Numbered from the stretch's first letter, positions 9,510 to 20,335 are shown. The stretch: 64,000 bases of DNA from Ignavibacteriota bacterium (GCA_019637995.1 JAHBUQ010000001.1:902381-966380), one strand, 5' to 3'. The notes: generated from the sequence alone by a model not told the origin. Program-made: numbers and translations.

Positions 9510-11171
9510 ATGAAATTTGTCAAAATATTTTCCTTACTCAGCATTTTAATAATTGCTATAAGCTGCTCTGAGCAAAAAACACCAGAAAATAATTCAGGAA
9601 ACGATATGTTGGATGAAATGACAAACAGAATTACCACTTATGCACCAATTGATTTGAAAGTTGATATTTCTCACCTGACAGAGCGTGAAAAAATACTGAT
9701 TCAGAAATTGATTGAAGCAGGAGAAATAGTTGACCGTATATTTTGGAAACAAGCATCCCATGATGCTATTGCAGTTAGGGATTCACTAAGGGCTCTCAAC
9801 ACAGACGAGGCAAATAAATTTCTCGAATTCGTAATGATTAATTATGGTCCTTATGATGATTTAACAGACAAAGCCAGATTTGTCGGTATTGGTCCTGAAA
9901 GGCGACCTGTAGGTGGAGGTTTTTATCCCGAAGATATGACAAAAGAAGAATTTGATGCATTTGTTGAGGCAAATCCAACACTCGCAGATGTATATAAAAA
10001 TGATTATACAATCATAACACGTGAAAATGGAAATCTTAAAGCAATTCCTTATGGAGTGTTTTACCCTGAGTCAATGGAACTTGCAGAAAAGCTTCAGGAA
10101 GCAGCAAATTTCGCAGATAATGAATCTTTGAAACGTTTTTTAATTATGCGGGCTGATGCTATTCGTACCGATAATTATTTCCCAAGTGATATGGCTTGGA
10201 TGGAGATAGTTGGAAGTAATATTGACGTTGTGATAGGTCCAATTGAAAACTATCAGGATGAAATGTTTAACTATAAAACGGCTCACGAAGCTGTAATTAT
10301 GGTTAAAGATATTGAAGCTACAAGAGAACTTGAAATGTACAAAGCAAATCTTGATAATTTCGAGCATAACTTACCAATTGACGATAAATTCAAGAATAAA
10401 ACAATTGGAGATGGCAATATTATTCAGGTATGTAATGTGGTTTATTTTGGTGGCGACTGCAATCAGGCAATTAAAACTATTGCATCGGCACTTCCAAATG
10501 ATCCGAAAGTTGCTGATGCAAAGGGTAGAAAACTTTCAATGTTCAAGAACCACATGGAAGCTAAATTTGAAGCCATAGTCAAGCCGATTGGAGAATTAAT
10601 GTTTGTACCAGAGCGTGCAAAATATTTAAGCTCAAAAGCATTTACAAGTTTCGTTACACTTCACGAGGTCTCTCACGCACTTGGACCAAAATATACTTCA
10701 AATGCAAATAAGGAAGAAATCAGAGCAGCACTTAAAGAAAGATATTCAGCAATTGAGGAGACAAAAGCTGATATTTTGAGTATGTTCAATCACAAATATT
10801 TAAGAGCAACTAATCAATATACCGATGAGTATATAAAACAAGCTATGACAACATATGTTGCAGGATTATACCGGTCTATTCGTTTTGGTGGTGGAGCACA
10901 TTACAGAGCAAATCTGATACAACTTAACTATCTAAAACAAGGTGGAGCTATTTTGCGCCTCCAAAACGGCAAATTCGACATTAACGAAGAAAAATTCTTT
11001 GACGTTGTTGAAAATTTAGCTAAAGAAGTTTTGATGATACAGGTAAACGGTGATTATGATAAAGCCGGTGAAATGCTTGACAAATTTTCGGTAGTTACTC
11101 AGGAAATTGAAGAAGAAATTAAAGCACTCTCGAATATACCGAGAGATATTAATCCTAAATACATTTTTTAA
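9510..11171 (+). CDS. Putative zinc metallopeptidase lipoprotein (HEXXH, DPP3/M49-like family)
   Basis: Lipoprotein signal (…IAISC). HEVSH motif with a downstream EETKAD, reminiscent of the M49 HExxGH/EECRAE motifs. Typical length about 550 aa. Confidence 0.45.
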   Translation: MKFVKIFSLLSILIIAISCSEQKTPENNSGNDMLDEMTNRITTYAPIDLKVDISHLTEREKILIQKLIEAGEIVDRIFWKQASHDAIAVRDSLRALNTDEANKFLEFVMINYGPYDDLTDKARFVGIGPERRPVGGGFYPEDMTKEEFDAFVEANPTLADVYKNDYTIITRENGNLKAIPYGVFYPESMELAEKLQEAANFADNESLKRFLIMRADAIRTDNYFPSDMAWMEIVGSNIDVVIGPIENYQDEMFNYKTAHEAVIMVKDIEATRELEMYKANLDNFEHNLPIDDKFKNKTIGDGNIIQVCNVVYFGGDCNQAIKTIASALPNDPKVADAKGRKLSMFKNHMEAKFEAIVKPIGELMFVPERAKYLSSKAFTSFVTLHEVSHALGPKYTSNANKEEIRAALKERYSAIEETKADILSMFNHKYLRATNQYTDEYIKQAMTTYVAGLYRSIRFGGGAHYRANLIQLNYLKQGGAILRLQNGKFDINEEKFFDVVENLAKEVLMIQVNGDYDKAGEMLDKFSVVTQEIEEEIKALSNIPRDINPKYIF

Positions 11172-11197
11172 AAAATTAATGATGACAGGGAGGCGTT

Positions 11198-12271
11198 ATG
11201 CCTGAAATTAAAGTAACAAAAACAGAAAAAACAAGAATTAATAACGTTAACTGGGATAATCTTGGATTTGGTGTTTATTTTTCAGACCATGTATTTATAG
11301 CTGAATATAAAGACGGCAAATGGAATGACGGAGAGATAGTCCCTTATGGTCCGATACCGATGGAACCGACAATGTGCACTCTGCATTACGGACAATCAAT
11401 ATTTGAAGGTATGAAAGCATTCAAAGCAGAAGATGGCGGTATAAATTTATTCAGACCTGACAGAAATGCTCACAGATTAAATCATTCAGGTTCGAGAGTA
11501 TGCATCCCACCTTTTGACACTAATCATTTTGTTGATGCTTTGGTACAACTCATAAAAGTTGATAAAGATTGGGTTCCAACAAAAAGAGGACATTCGTTAT
11601 ATATTCGCCCGCTTGCTTTTGGTGATGGAAACTTTTTAGGTGTTCATTCATCCAAAACTTTCAAACTGATAATTATGACATCACCCGTTGCTTCTTACTA
11701 TCCTGAAGGTCTTGCACCTGTGAAGATATTAGTTGCGAAAGATTTTGTACGTGCTGTTCGAGGTGGACTTGGTTCAGCAAAGACTGCTGCAAACTATGCT
11801 GCATCTCTTCTAGCAAGTGAAACTGCAAAGAAAGAAGGATATTCACAGGTGCTCTGGCTTGATGCAGTTAATCGTCATTTTGTTGATGAAGTAGGCGCAA
11901 TGAACATTATGTTTGTTATAGGTGATGAAATAGTTACTCCCCCTCTTGATGCAGGTACTATTTTACGTGGTGTTACACGCGATACAGTTCTTGAACTTGC
12001 ACGCGATTATGGTCTGAAAGTCAGCGAACGAACAATCACAATTGAAGATGTATTTGAATCTCATAAAAAAGGTGAACTCAGGGAAGTTTTCGGAACTGGT
12101 ACGGCTGCAGTTATTTCGCCTGTAGGGCATCTTCATTATAATGGTGAAACAATCATCATTAACAATATGGAAATTGGTCCGGTTGCACAGCGCCTTTATG
12201 ATAATATCACCGGTCTGCAATACGGTGAAATCGAAGATACAAAAGATTGGATTGTTAAAGTTAATGTGTAG
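11198..12271 (+). CDS. ilvE: Branched-chain amino acid aminotransferase (class IV PLP enzyme)
   Basis: Full-length similarity to IlvE, including the PLP-lysine region and the GTGTAAVISPV motif. Confidence 0.9.
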   Translation: MPEIKVTKTEKTRINNVNWDNLGFGVYFSDHVFIAEYKDGKWNDGEIVPYGPIPMEPTMCTLHYGQSIFEGMKAFKAEDGGINLFRPDRNAHRLNHSGSRVCIPPFDTNHFVDALVQLIKVDKDWVPTKRGHSLYIRPLAFGDGNFLGVHSSKTFKLIIMTSPVASYYPEGLAPVKILVAKDFVRAVRGGLGSAKTAANYAASLLASETAKKEGYSQVLWLDAVNRHFVDEVGAMNIMFVIGDEIVTPPLDAGTILRGVTRDTVLELARDYGLKVSERTITIEDVFESHKKGELREVFGTGTAAVISPVGHLHYNGETIIINNMEIGPVAQRLYDNITGLQYGEIEDTKDWIVKVNV

Positions 12272-12284
12272 TGTTAAAAAAAAT

Positions 12285-12320
12285 GGGCTGACTTGATTTA
12301 ATAAAAGTCAGCCCTTACTA
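12285..12320 (+). terminator. Hairpin downstream of ilvE (gggctgactt…aagtcagccc)
   Basis: A 10-bp perfect stem with a 10-nt loop, A-run before it and a T-rich tail after it. Confidence 0.45.
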
Positions 12321-12683
12321 ATTTCATAATTTTCAATTCTTCTCAGAATTATTATTCGATGATTCTGAAATCTTTATATAAATTGGTATCAAATCAATAT
12401 TTTCTTTATCGGCAATCTGGATTTTTTGTCTGCAAATTTCGATAAACAAAGTTTAAACTTCTTATACATTTGTATTTTTTTTTGAGAAAACTTTCTTATC
12501 ATATTTCGGAACTAACCTAAATGAATCAGATTTCCTGTCGTTGTCTGAAATTAAATACATCAAATATTCTGAATTGTAAACCCAATTATATCTTGAATTC
12601 ATTTTTGAACTTATTTGAGAATTATCCCTTAATTGACAAAAATGTTTGATCAAAAAAATCAACTACTTGCTTTAAATTGTCAA

Positions 12684-13304
12684 TTAATAAAATTCTGCAA
12701 CGACTCTGCATGAAGCTGAATCTGCATCAATTTTTAAGGGTAAAGCAATCACATTGAAGTTTCTAACATTTATTAATGATTTTAGATTTGTTAAATTTTC
12801 GATAATCAAAATATCATTTCCAAGAAGCATTTTGTGAATTCTATATGGGTGTCTGTCCGGACTTGGGCTGTCCATTCCGACAATCGAAACACCTTTATTT
12901 ATTAATACATCTGCGAATGATTCTTGAATATCAGGATATGAGTTATAGTATTCCTCACTCCCAAAAATATCCTCAAAACTTGTATAAATCAAAACAATAT
13001 CGCCAATTGAAATATCAACATTTTCAAGCAAATCCGAATTAATCTCCTTTTCTCTCGCATCTATCAAATGACCTCTACCGAAGAATTTATTAATAGGAAA
13101 ATCACACAATTTTCTTCCTCCGTCTATCATGTGAAGCGGTCCATCCATGTGCGTTCCGATGTGCATTCCGGAATTGAGCACATAGTTATTATAACCTGAT
13201 TCAACGTATTTAACAGTATGAGTTATTGAAGGTGATAAATCACCCGGGAATGCAGGCATTCCGTCCTGCATTAAAATAGATAAATCCAATATCTTATTAT
13301 TCAT
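12684..13304 (-). CDS. Cyclase family protein (kynurenine formamidase-like)
   Basis: HxGTHxDxPxH metal-binding motif (HIGTHMDGPLHM). The start overlaps the tsaD stop in an ATGA junction. Confidence 0.7.
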   Translation of the reverse strand: MNNKILDLSILMQDGMPAFPGDLSPSITHTVKYVESGYNNYVLNSGMHIGTHMDGPLHMIDGGRKLCDFPINKFFGRGHLIDAREKEINSDLLENVDISIGDIVLIYTSFEDIFGSEEYYNSYPDIQESFADVLINKGVSIVGMDSPSPDRHPYRIHKMLLGNDILIIENLTNLKSLINVRNFNVIALPLKIDADSASCRVVAEFY

Positions 13305-14311
13305 TTTTTTGCTCTTAATGCTGTTGAATTAACTGTAAAATCAAGCCTTTTAAAACTTTCCGGCTCTTCATTATATTTTTTTTCACCAATGAAACCAATC
13401 ATAGCGGCATTATCCACACAATACATAATATCCGGTGCAATCATTCTTATATAAATTTTTTGAGTCTCGAAATCCAGTTTTTCCCTTAGTCCGGAATTAG
13501 CTGATACACCTCCGGCAATAACTACTGAAGAAACTTTAAATTTTTTTGCCGCTTTGATGGTTTTATGAACCAATACATTAACAATCGCAGATTGAACTGA
13601 AGCAGCTAAATCGTAAGCGATATTATCGTCAATTTGTCCATTCAACTCTTTATGTATGAAATATCTCACTGATGTCTTCAAACCCGAGAAGCTAAAATCG
13701 AAATTATCATCATGAATCATAGGACGCGGGAATGTATATGCTGTCGGATTACCTGTTTTTGCCATTTTGTCAATAATAGGTCCACCCGGATATGGCAACC
13801 CCATCAGTTTAGCAATTTTATCAAATGCCTCACCGGCAGCGTCATCTTTGGTTAAGCCGATGATTTCATAATCTCGGTATGATTTTACATAAAATAATGC
13901 TGTATGCCCTCCGCTGACAACAAGCGCAATGAATGGAAACTCCAAAGTGCTATCCTGCAGGCAACCCGAGAAAAGGTGTCCTTCAATATGATTAACCGGC
14001 ACAACAGGCAAATCATATCTTAGTGATAATCCTTTCGCAAAATTTGAGCCAACAAGTAAGCTTCCGGCAAGTCCGGGTTGATTAGTCACTGCAATTGCAT
14101 TAATGTTATCAATTGAGCAATTCGCATTCTCCAAAGCTTCACGTGTTATAGCTGATACAGCTTGAAGATGAGCTCTTGAAGCAAGTTCCGGAACAACACC
14201 ACCGTATTTTGTATGAAAATATTGCGATGAGATAATATTACTGAATACTTCAGAATTGCTTACTACAGCAGCTGATGTTTCATCACATGATGATTCAATT
14301 GCAAGTATCAT
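13301..14311 (-). CDS. tsaD: tRNA N6-adenosine threonylcarbamoyltransferase
   Basis: N-terminal MILAIESSCDETSAAVV with Kae1/TsaD full-length similarity. Confidence 0.9.
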   Translation of the reverse strand: MILAIESSCDETSAAVVSNSEVFSNIISSQYFHTKYGGVVPELASRAHLQAVSAITREALENANCSIDNINAIAVTNQPGLAGSLLVGSNFAKGLSLRYDLPVVPVNHIEGHLFSGCLQDSTLEFPFIALVVSGGHTALFYVKSYRDYEIIGLTKDDAAGEAFDKIAKLMGLPYPGGPIIDKMAKTGNPTAYTFPRPMIHDDNFDFSFSGLKTSVRYFIHKELNGQIDDNIAYDLAASVQSAIVNVLVHKTIKAAKKFKVSSVVIAGGVSANSGLREKLDFETQKIYIRMIAPDIMYCVDNAAMIGFIGEKKYNEEPESFKRLDFTVNSTALRAKK

Positions 14312-15555
14312 AATTCCAATACCAGATTTCTGATTAATTCCAATGCTTTGCTTGCTGCTCTTTCCCGATTCAACAAGCGGTCATTTCCAAAATTATATAA
14401 TTTAGCAGTTGTTTCTCTTTCGTTCGAGATTCCAATCCATACAGTTCCAACCGGTTTTTCATCAGTGCCGCCTTCAGGTCCGGCAATTCCTGTTATTGAA
14501 ATTCCTATGTCTGAATGGAATATGCTTCTGATATTTTGTGCCATCTCAATAGCCGTTTTCTGGGATACTGCTCCAAAAGTATTGATAGTATCTCTATTTA
14601 CTTTTAAGTTGTTATTTTTAACTTCATTTGAGTACGCAATTATACCTCCTACAAAGTATTCTGAACTTCCTGATACTCTGGTAAGCCATTCTCCAAGTAA
14701 ACCACCTGTGCATGATTCGGCTACAGAAAGTGTAAGTTTTTTTTGTTTGAGAATATCTCCAAGAACACTTTCCATAGTTTCATTGCCGTAACCAATAATA
14801 AATTTTCCGGCTTTATCAATGATATGCTGTTTCATCTTATCAAGAATATTTAAAGCTTCATTCCGGGATTTGGCTCTGCTACCAATTCTCAGTCTTACAC
14901 TCCCTGCAGATGGTAGATATGCTAAATTAGCACCTTCAGGAAATTCATCAGGTTTGCCGATTAAATCTGCAAGATTCGATTCGAAAATTCCGGCAGTTTT
15001 AATAGTCAGATAAAGCTGAACCGAATCAGAGTATTTTTTGAAAAATTCAGTTGCAATTGGAAGAAAATCATTTTGAATTATGTATTTCATTTCTGTTGGA
15101 ACGCCGGGAAGAGCAAGAACTAATTTTTGGTCTTTATCAAATAAAATACCGGGTGCTGTCCCTACCCTATTTCTGAGTACTCTTGATTTTGAAGGAACTA
15201 ATGCCTGCGCTCTGTTGACGTCAGTCATCTTGCGATTGCGGGATTCAAACCATGATTCGAGGTAACTTAAAGTTTCACGGTGTATTATAAGTTCATCATT
15301 AAAATACTCTGTCAGTACACCTTTTGTAATATCATCATGTGTTGGACCGAGCCCGCCTGTTATTATTACTACCTCAGAACCGCTGATTAACTTTTCAAGT
15401 TCAGACTTCATAATAACAGCATCATCAGGTACGGTTGAGTGCATATATACAGAATAACCGATATTTGTCATAAATTCAGAAATAAATGCCGAATTACTAT
15501 TTATGACCTGCCCGATACAAATCTCATCACCAATAGTTAATACTGAAAATTTCAT
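14308..15555 (-). CDS. cinA: Competence/damage-inducible protein CinA (MoaB-like domain plus CinA C-terminal deamidase domain)
   Basis: N-terminal MoCF-biosynthesis-like domain (GGLGPTHDD) and C-terminal CinA domain (ESCTGGLL). The 4-nt overlap with tsaD indicates translational coupling. Confidence 0.85.
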   Translation of the reverse strand: MKFSVLTIGDEICIGQVINSNSAFISEFMTNIGYSVYMHSTVPDDAVIMKSELEKLISGSEVVIITGGLGPTHDDITKGVLTEYFNDELIIHRETLSYLESWFESRNRKMTDVNRAQALVPSKSRVLRNRVGTAPGILFDKDQKLVLALPGVPTEMKYIIQNDFLPIATEFFKKYSDSVQLYLTIKTAGIFESNLADLIGKPDEFPEGANLAYLPSAGSVRLRIGSRAKSRNEALNILDKMKQHIIDKAGKFIIGYGNETMESVLGDILKQKKLTLSVAESCTGGLLGEWLTRVSGSSEYFVGGIIAYSNEVKNNNLKVNRDTINTFGAVSQKTAIEMAQNIRSIFHSDIGISITGIAGPEGGTDEKPVGTVWIGISNERETTAKLYNFGNDRLLNRERAASKALELIRNLVLEL

Positions 15556-15648
15556 AAAATTACCATTTTTAAAATAATAAGGGATTGTCCGTGATATTTG
15601 AACAATCCCTTTTAAATCAATAACATAATTTAAGACAAATTACCGAAA

Positions 15649-17736
15649 TTATGCCTGAGTTTCATCTTTAGTTTCAGCTTCTGTTTCTGTATTTTCAGTT
15701 GTAGTATCAGCTTCTGCTATTTCTGCAACTTTTTCCTCTTCAGGGGCAGCTTCAACAACATCAACATCTTCAACCGGAGCAGCTTCTGTAGCAATCACTC
15801 CTTTAGGGGTAAGTATTTTTTTATTCACTACAGTATCGTCGAAAACTATACCTTCGAAATCTTCATTTGATAATTTCTTATAGTCAAGATTATACTCTTC
15901 GCTGAAGAAACTGGCTTCTGAGCTGTCGTAAGTTACTTCCATTGGAGCACTGTCAGCATTTGGTACCGGATGAGCTCTGTTATAATCATCAATAATTTGC
16001 TTGTCTTTATTGCGGAGTGCTTCAACTACTGATAATACAATTTTCTTTGCTTCTTTGTCGAATTCAACAACTTTAAGCGGAAGCATATCGCCAATTTTGA
16101 AATATTCGCTGATATTCTTAACCGGAGCAAATGAAAGCTGTGATACAGGAACAAAACCGTCAACACCTTCAGGCAATTCTACTATAACACCTTTTTCGAT
16201 AATTCTTTCAATTTTAGCTTCAGATTCTTGTCCGATGCTGTAAGTAGTTTCAAAAGTATCCCAAGGATTAGAATTAATTTGCTTATGACCAAGAGCTATA
16301 CGTCTTTGTTCTGGGTCAATGCTAAGAACCATCACTTCGAGTCTGTCACCTTTCTTGACAAATTCACCGGGGTGACGGATTTTCTTAGTCCATGATAAAT
16401 CACTGATATGAACAAGTCCATCAACACCCGGTTCCAATTCAACAAATACACCAAAATTGGTGAGATTGCGAACGATACCATTATGTTTTGACTCAACAGG
16501 GTATTTCTTCATTAAGTCTTCCCATGGGTCCGGATCGAGTTGTTTCATGCCAAGAGCAAGTTTTTTATTGTCTTTATCAATGTTTAATACCATTGCATCA
16601 ACAACCTGACCCATAGAAACGATTTGCGACGGATGCTTAACGTGCTGTGTCCATGACATTTCGCTTATGTGGATAAGACCTTCAATACCTTTTTCAATTT
16701 CAATAAACGCACCATAATCAGTCAAGCTGACAACTTTACCTGTGACTTTAGTAGATTTTTCGTATTTGTCACCGATAGTATCCCATGGATGTGGAGTAAG
16801 TTGCTTCATACCGAGCGAAATTCTCTTCTTATCGCCATCAAAATCAAGCACGACAATTTTTACAACTTCATCAAGAGATACGATTTCTGAAGGATGCGTT
16901 ACACGACCCCATGAAAGGTCAGTAATATGCACAAGACCGTCAACACCGCCAAGGTCAACAAACACACCGAAGTCTGAAATTGCTTTAACTGTACCTTCAA
17001 GTACAAGACCTTTTTCAAGGCGTGACATTATTTCATTACGTTGTTCTGATAATTGTTCTTCAAGAAGAACTTTATGCGAAACAACAACATTTTCACTTGG
17101 ATGATTTACTTTTACAACTTTTACATCAATTGTTTTGCTTACCCAACCATCAAAATCTCTAACAGGACGAACATCAATTTGTGAGCCCGGAAGGAATGCT
17201 TCTATACCAAGAAGGTCAACAACCATACCACCTTTGATTCTGCGTAAAATCTTTACTTTGGTAACTTCTTGCTTGTCGAATAATGCTATAATATCTTCCC
17301 AGATTCTCATGAAATCTGCACGGCGTCTTGAAAGAAGCAGTTTTCCACTGGAATCTTCCATTTTTTCGATGAATACGTCTATTTCATCACCGATTTTGTA
17401 AGTTTCGGCATTAAGTAGTTCTGCTTTTGGCACTACGCCAAGAGATTTGAACCCTATGTCAACAAAAACTTCATCTTTAGTGATGTTGACAATTTTACCG
17501 TTAACAAGTTCATCTTCTTTAATTGTTTTGATTGCACTGTCAAACATTTTTGAAAATGTTTCATCATCAAGTTCAAATGAATCAAATCCACCTTCCAAAA
17601 AGTTTACAACAGCGTCTGCGTCGTAACGTTTGACCTGTTTTTGAATGCCGCTCATAGGATGTTTGGAATCAGCTCCCTGAAAATCGCCTTCTGCTACAGC
17701 GACAACATCCTGATTCATATTAGCATTTTCCGACAT
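15649..17736 (-). CDS. rpsA: 30S ribosomal protein S1 with an extended acidic C-terminal tail
   Basis: Six tandem S1 domains with repeated GxVxG…DLSW motifs. The last ~110 aa are low-complexity and rich in E/A/T/D. Confidence 0.9.
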   Translation of the reverse strand: MSENANMNQDVVAVAEGDFQGADSKHPMSGIQKQVKRYDADAVVNFLEGGFDSFELDDETFSKMFDSAIKTIKEDELVNGKIVNITKDEVFVDIGFKSLGVVPKAELLNAETYKIGDEIDVFIEKMEDSSGKLLLSRRRADFMRIWEDIIALFDKQEVTKVKILRRIKGGMVVDLLGIEAFLPGSQIDVRPVRDFDGWVSKTIDVKVVKVNHPSENVVVSHKVLLEEQLSEQRNEIMSRLEKGLVLEGTVKAISDFGVFVDLGGVDGLVHITDLSWGRVTHPSEIVSLDEVVKIVVLDFDGDKKRISLGMKQLTPHPWDTIGDKYEKSTKVTGKVVSLTDYGAFIEIEKGIEGLIHISEMSWTQHVKHPSQIVSMGQVVDAMVLNIDKDNKKLALGMKQLDPDPWEDLMKKYPVESKHNGIVRNLTNFGVFVELEPGVDGLVHISDLSWTKKIRHPGEFVKKGDRLEVMVLSIDPEQRRIALGHKQINSNPWDTFETTYSIGQESEAKIERIIEKGVIVELPEGVDGFVPVSQLSFAPVKNISEYFKIGDMLPLKVVEFDKEAKKIVLSVVEALRNKDKQIIDDYNRAHPVPNADSAPMEVTYDSSEASFFSEEYNLDYKKLSNEDFEGIVFDDTVVNKKILTPKGVIATEAAPVEDVDVVEAAPEEEKVAEIAEADTTTENTETEAETKDETQA

Positions 17737-17957
17737 TAAAGTCCTCCAAAAAAAAATTATATTAGTTTAACAAATAGTGCAATATTGCACCGGAATTATT
17801 TTTTCGTTTTTGTAAATTTTAGCCTTGCAAAATAACACTTAATTTTATAATAAACAAATAATTTAAGTGATTTTTTTTAAATTAGATGAAATTTTTTTTA
17901 ATAATGTCTTTTTTGAAGCGTCTATTTGATTTTAAATTTATAGAATGTGAAATAATA

Positions 17958-19361
17958 ATGATTTCAAATAAAGCTACTTTTTCTGCAATTGAATTAGCTT
18001 CAATTTTTGGTGATAGTAAACTTATTAATTTTATAGAAGATCAATCAGTATGTGGAATTGTAACCGATACAAGAATAATTGAAAAGGGCAATATTTTCAT
18101 AGCTTTGATTGGCGAAAAATTCAACGGACACGATTTGGTTTCTCAGGCTTTTGAAAAAGGTGCTTCAGCTTGTGTTATAGAAATAAAATATTCTGAAAAT
18201 ATCCTGCAAAACTTTCCCGAAAAATCATTCATAATTACTGATAATAATTTAGATGCATTAGGTAAAATTGCAAATTATCACAGAAGAAGATTTAATTTCC
18301 CTGTGCTTGGAATAGCCGGCTCAAACGGCAAAACAACAACCAAAGAAATGGCTGCGGCAGTACTTGCTAAAAAGTATAAGGTGCTCAAAACATTCGGAAA
18401 TTTTAATAATAAAATTGGTCTGCCACTTATGTTACTTCAATTTTCTGAGGATTATAATTTTGCAGTACTTGAAGTTGGCACAAATACTCCCGGAGAAATT
18501 TACGACTTATCAAAAGTATCAGAGCCAACTGACGCATTGATTACAAATATCGGGAAAGAGCATCTCGAATTTTTAATAGACCTCGACGGTGTCGAACTTG
18601 AAGAGACATATATATTTTCTGCAGTAAGGTCAGGCGGACACGCTTTTGTAAATTATGATGATGAGCGATTGAAAAATTATGGACATATTCTAAGCAAATT
18701 TACAACTTACGGCGAACATGAGCATGCCACAATAAAATGTAGTTACGAACTAAATACTAAATTAAATCCACGAATTACAGTATTCAAGCAAGACAAAACC
18801 AGCTATTCGTTTGATATGCAAACCGTTGGTTATGCTTCAGCTCTCAATGCAATAGCGGCAATCGCAGTAGGAACTCATTTTGATGTAAAAGATAGCGAAA
18901 TTGCAGAAGCATTATCAGATTTCAAGCCGCTTGAAGGTGAATCGGGATATGGCAGGATGGCAATATTTTCAAAGAATAATATCACAATTATTAATGACAC
19001 ATATAATTCTAATCCTGACTCAATGAAAGCGGCACTAAAAAATATTGAAATGTTCAAATCCGATGGACTCAAAATTGCTGCGCTCGGTGATATGCGTGAG
19101 CTTGGAGAATCAGCATTTGAAGAGCATCAGAACACTTTAAAAAATGCTTTAGAAGTATGTGATTTGATTTTTGTAACAGGAAATGAGATGAGTAAAGCTG
19201 CTGAAATTCTTAAATCTGATAAAATTAAAGTTTATGAAGATAAACAGACTTTATCAAATGCAATAGCTGCTTCTCTCAAACAAAATGATTGCCTGCTGGT
19301 CAAAGGCTCACGCGGTATGCAGATGGAACAAATAGTAAATAATTTAAAAGAAATTTTATAA
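17958..19361 (+). CDS. murF: UDP-N-acetylmuramoyl-tripeptide–D-alanyl-D-alanine ligase
   Basis: P-loop GIAGSNGKTTTKEM with the Mur ligase middle and C-terminal domains. The ORF track starts at 17886, but the 24-aa leader looks non-native. The ATG at 17958 (MISNK…) is the more plausible start. Confidence 0.8.
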   Translation: MISNKATFSAIELASIFGDSKLINFIEDQSVCGIVTDTRIIEKGNIFIALIGEKFNGHDLVSQAFEKGASACVIEIKYSENILQNFPEKSFIITDNNLDALGKIANYHRRRFNFPVLGIAGSNGKTTTKEMAAAVLAKKYKVLKTFGNFNNKIGLPLMLLQFSEDYNFAVLEVGTNTPGEIYDLSKVSEPTDALITNIGKEHLEFLIDLDGVELEETYIFSAVRSGGHAFVNYDDERLKNYGHILSKFTTYGEHEHATIKCSYELNTKLNPRITVFKQDKTSYSFDMQTVGYASALNAIAAIAVGTHFDVKDSEIAEALSDFKPLEGESGYGRMAIFSKNNITIINDTYNSNPDSMKAALKNIEMFKSDGLKIAALGDMRELGESAFEEHQNTLKNALEVCDLIFVTGNEMSKAAEILKSDKIKVYEDKQTLSNAIAASLKQNDCLLVKGSRGMQMEQIVNNLKEIL

Positions 19362-19371
19362 GAATATTATA

Positions 19372-20160
19372 ATGAATACATATAATAATGATAATATAAA
19401 GAATAAAGTTCGCGAAGATTACAGCAAAGTTGCACTTTTAAATACTTTAGATAGTAGTAGCGGTTGCTGTGGTTCACCAATATTAGTTAATTCAGAATTA
19501 TCGCTTAATATGGGTTATAAAAATTCGGATTTAAAAGCTGTACCTGATGGTTCCAATATGGGTCTTGGATGTGGCAATCCACAAGCAATCGCATCAATTA
19601 AATCAGGGGAATATGTACTTGACCTTGGCAGTGGAGGCGGGTTTGATTCTTTTCTTGCTTCACCTCAGGCAGGAGAAAGCGGCAAAGTTATTGGTGTTGA
19701 TATGACCCCTGAAATGGTCAGCAAAGCTCGAAGCAATGCCGAGAAAAGCGGGTTTTCAAATGTGGAATTCAGACTTGGTGAAATTGAGTATTTACCGGTT
19801 GCAGATAATTCGATTGATGTGATAATATCTAACTGTGTAATCAATCTCTCACCCGATAAGCAGCAAGTGTTTAATGAAGCATTTCGTGTACTAAAGTCTG
19901 GAGGCAGGCTTGCTATTTCAGATGTAGTTGCATTTGCTAAATTTCCTGATGAGGTTCGTTCAAACCTGACTCTTTACTCAAGCTGTATTTCGGGTGCTGA
20001 AGAAATTGACAAACTTGAACAAATTATTCGTAATTCAGGTTTTGAGAATATCGAAATCAAGCCAAAGGATGAAAGCAAAAAATTTATGAAAGAGTGGGCT
20101 CCGGGAACTAATCTAACTGATTTTGTTGTATCAGCCACAATTGAAGCTGTAAAACCATGA
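19372..20160 (+). CDS. arsM: Arsenite S-adenosylmethionine methyltransferase-like protein
   Basis: Class I SAM-methyltransferase motif I (VLDLGSGGGFD) with an ArsM-like N-terminus (REDYSKVA…GCCG) and conserved cysteines. Confidence 0.7.
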   Translation: MNTYNNDNIKNKVREDYSKVALLNTLDSSSGCCGSPILVNSELSLNMGYKNSDLKAVPDGSNMGLGCGNPQAIASIKSGEYVLDLGSGGGFDSFLASPQAGESGKVIGVDMTPEMVSKARSNAEKSGFSNVEFRLGEIEYLPVADNSIDVIISNCVINLSPDKQQVFNEAFRVLKSGGRLAISDVVAFAKFPDEVRSNLTLYSSCISGAEEIDKLEQIIRNSGFENIEIKPKDESKKFMKEWAPGTNLTDFVVSATIEAVKP

Positions 20161-20284
20161 TTATATTACCCTTGAAATAATAATTGAATTATAGAATGAT
20201 GAGCAATAACGAAGTATAAATATCAATAAAAAAAATTACACCTAAACTAAATAGATTTTAAATTAAACAGCCTAATTATAAAAA

Positions 20285-20318
20285 AGCCCTCAACATAATT
20301 TGAGGGCTTTTATTATTT
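20285..20318. terminator. Bidirectional rho-independent terminator between convergent arsM and mmdB
   Basis: The sequence aaaaAGCCCTCAAcataatTTGAGGGCTttttatt has an A-run upstream and a T-run downstream. Confidence 0.6.
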
Positions 20319-20335
20319 TAATCAACCAATGAATA

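Noticed and set aside
12462-12662. A 66-aa minus-strand ORF in the spacer between ilvE and the cyclase gene
   Set aside because: It has no motifs and sits in a region that looks like the 5'-UTR or promoter of the downstream operon. The evidence is insufficient.
17886-17957. The 24-aa N-terminal extension of MurF (MKFFLIMSFLKRLFDFKFIECEII)
   Set aside because: It shows no similarity to MurF N-termini. The ATG at 17958 gives a canonical MurF start. The extension is most likely an artefact of picking the longest ORF.
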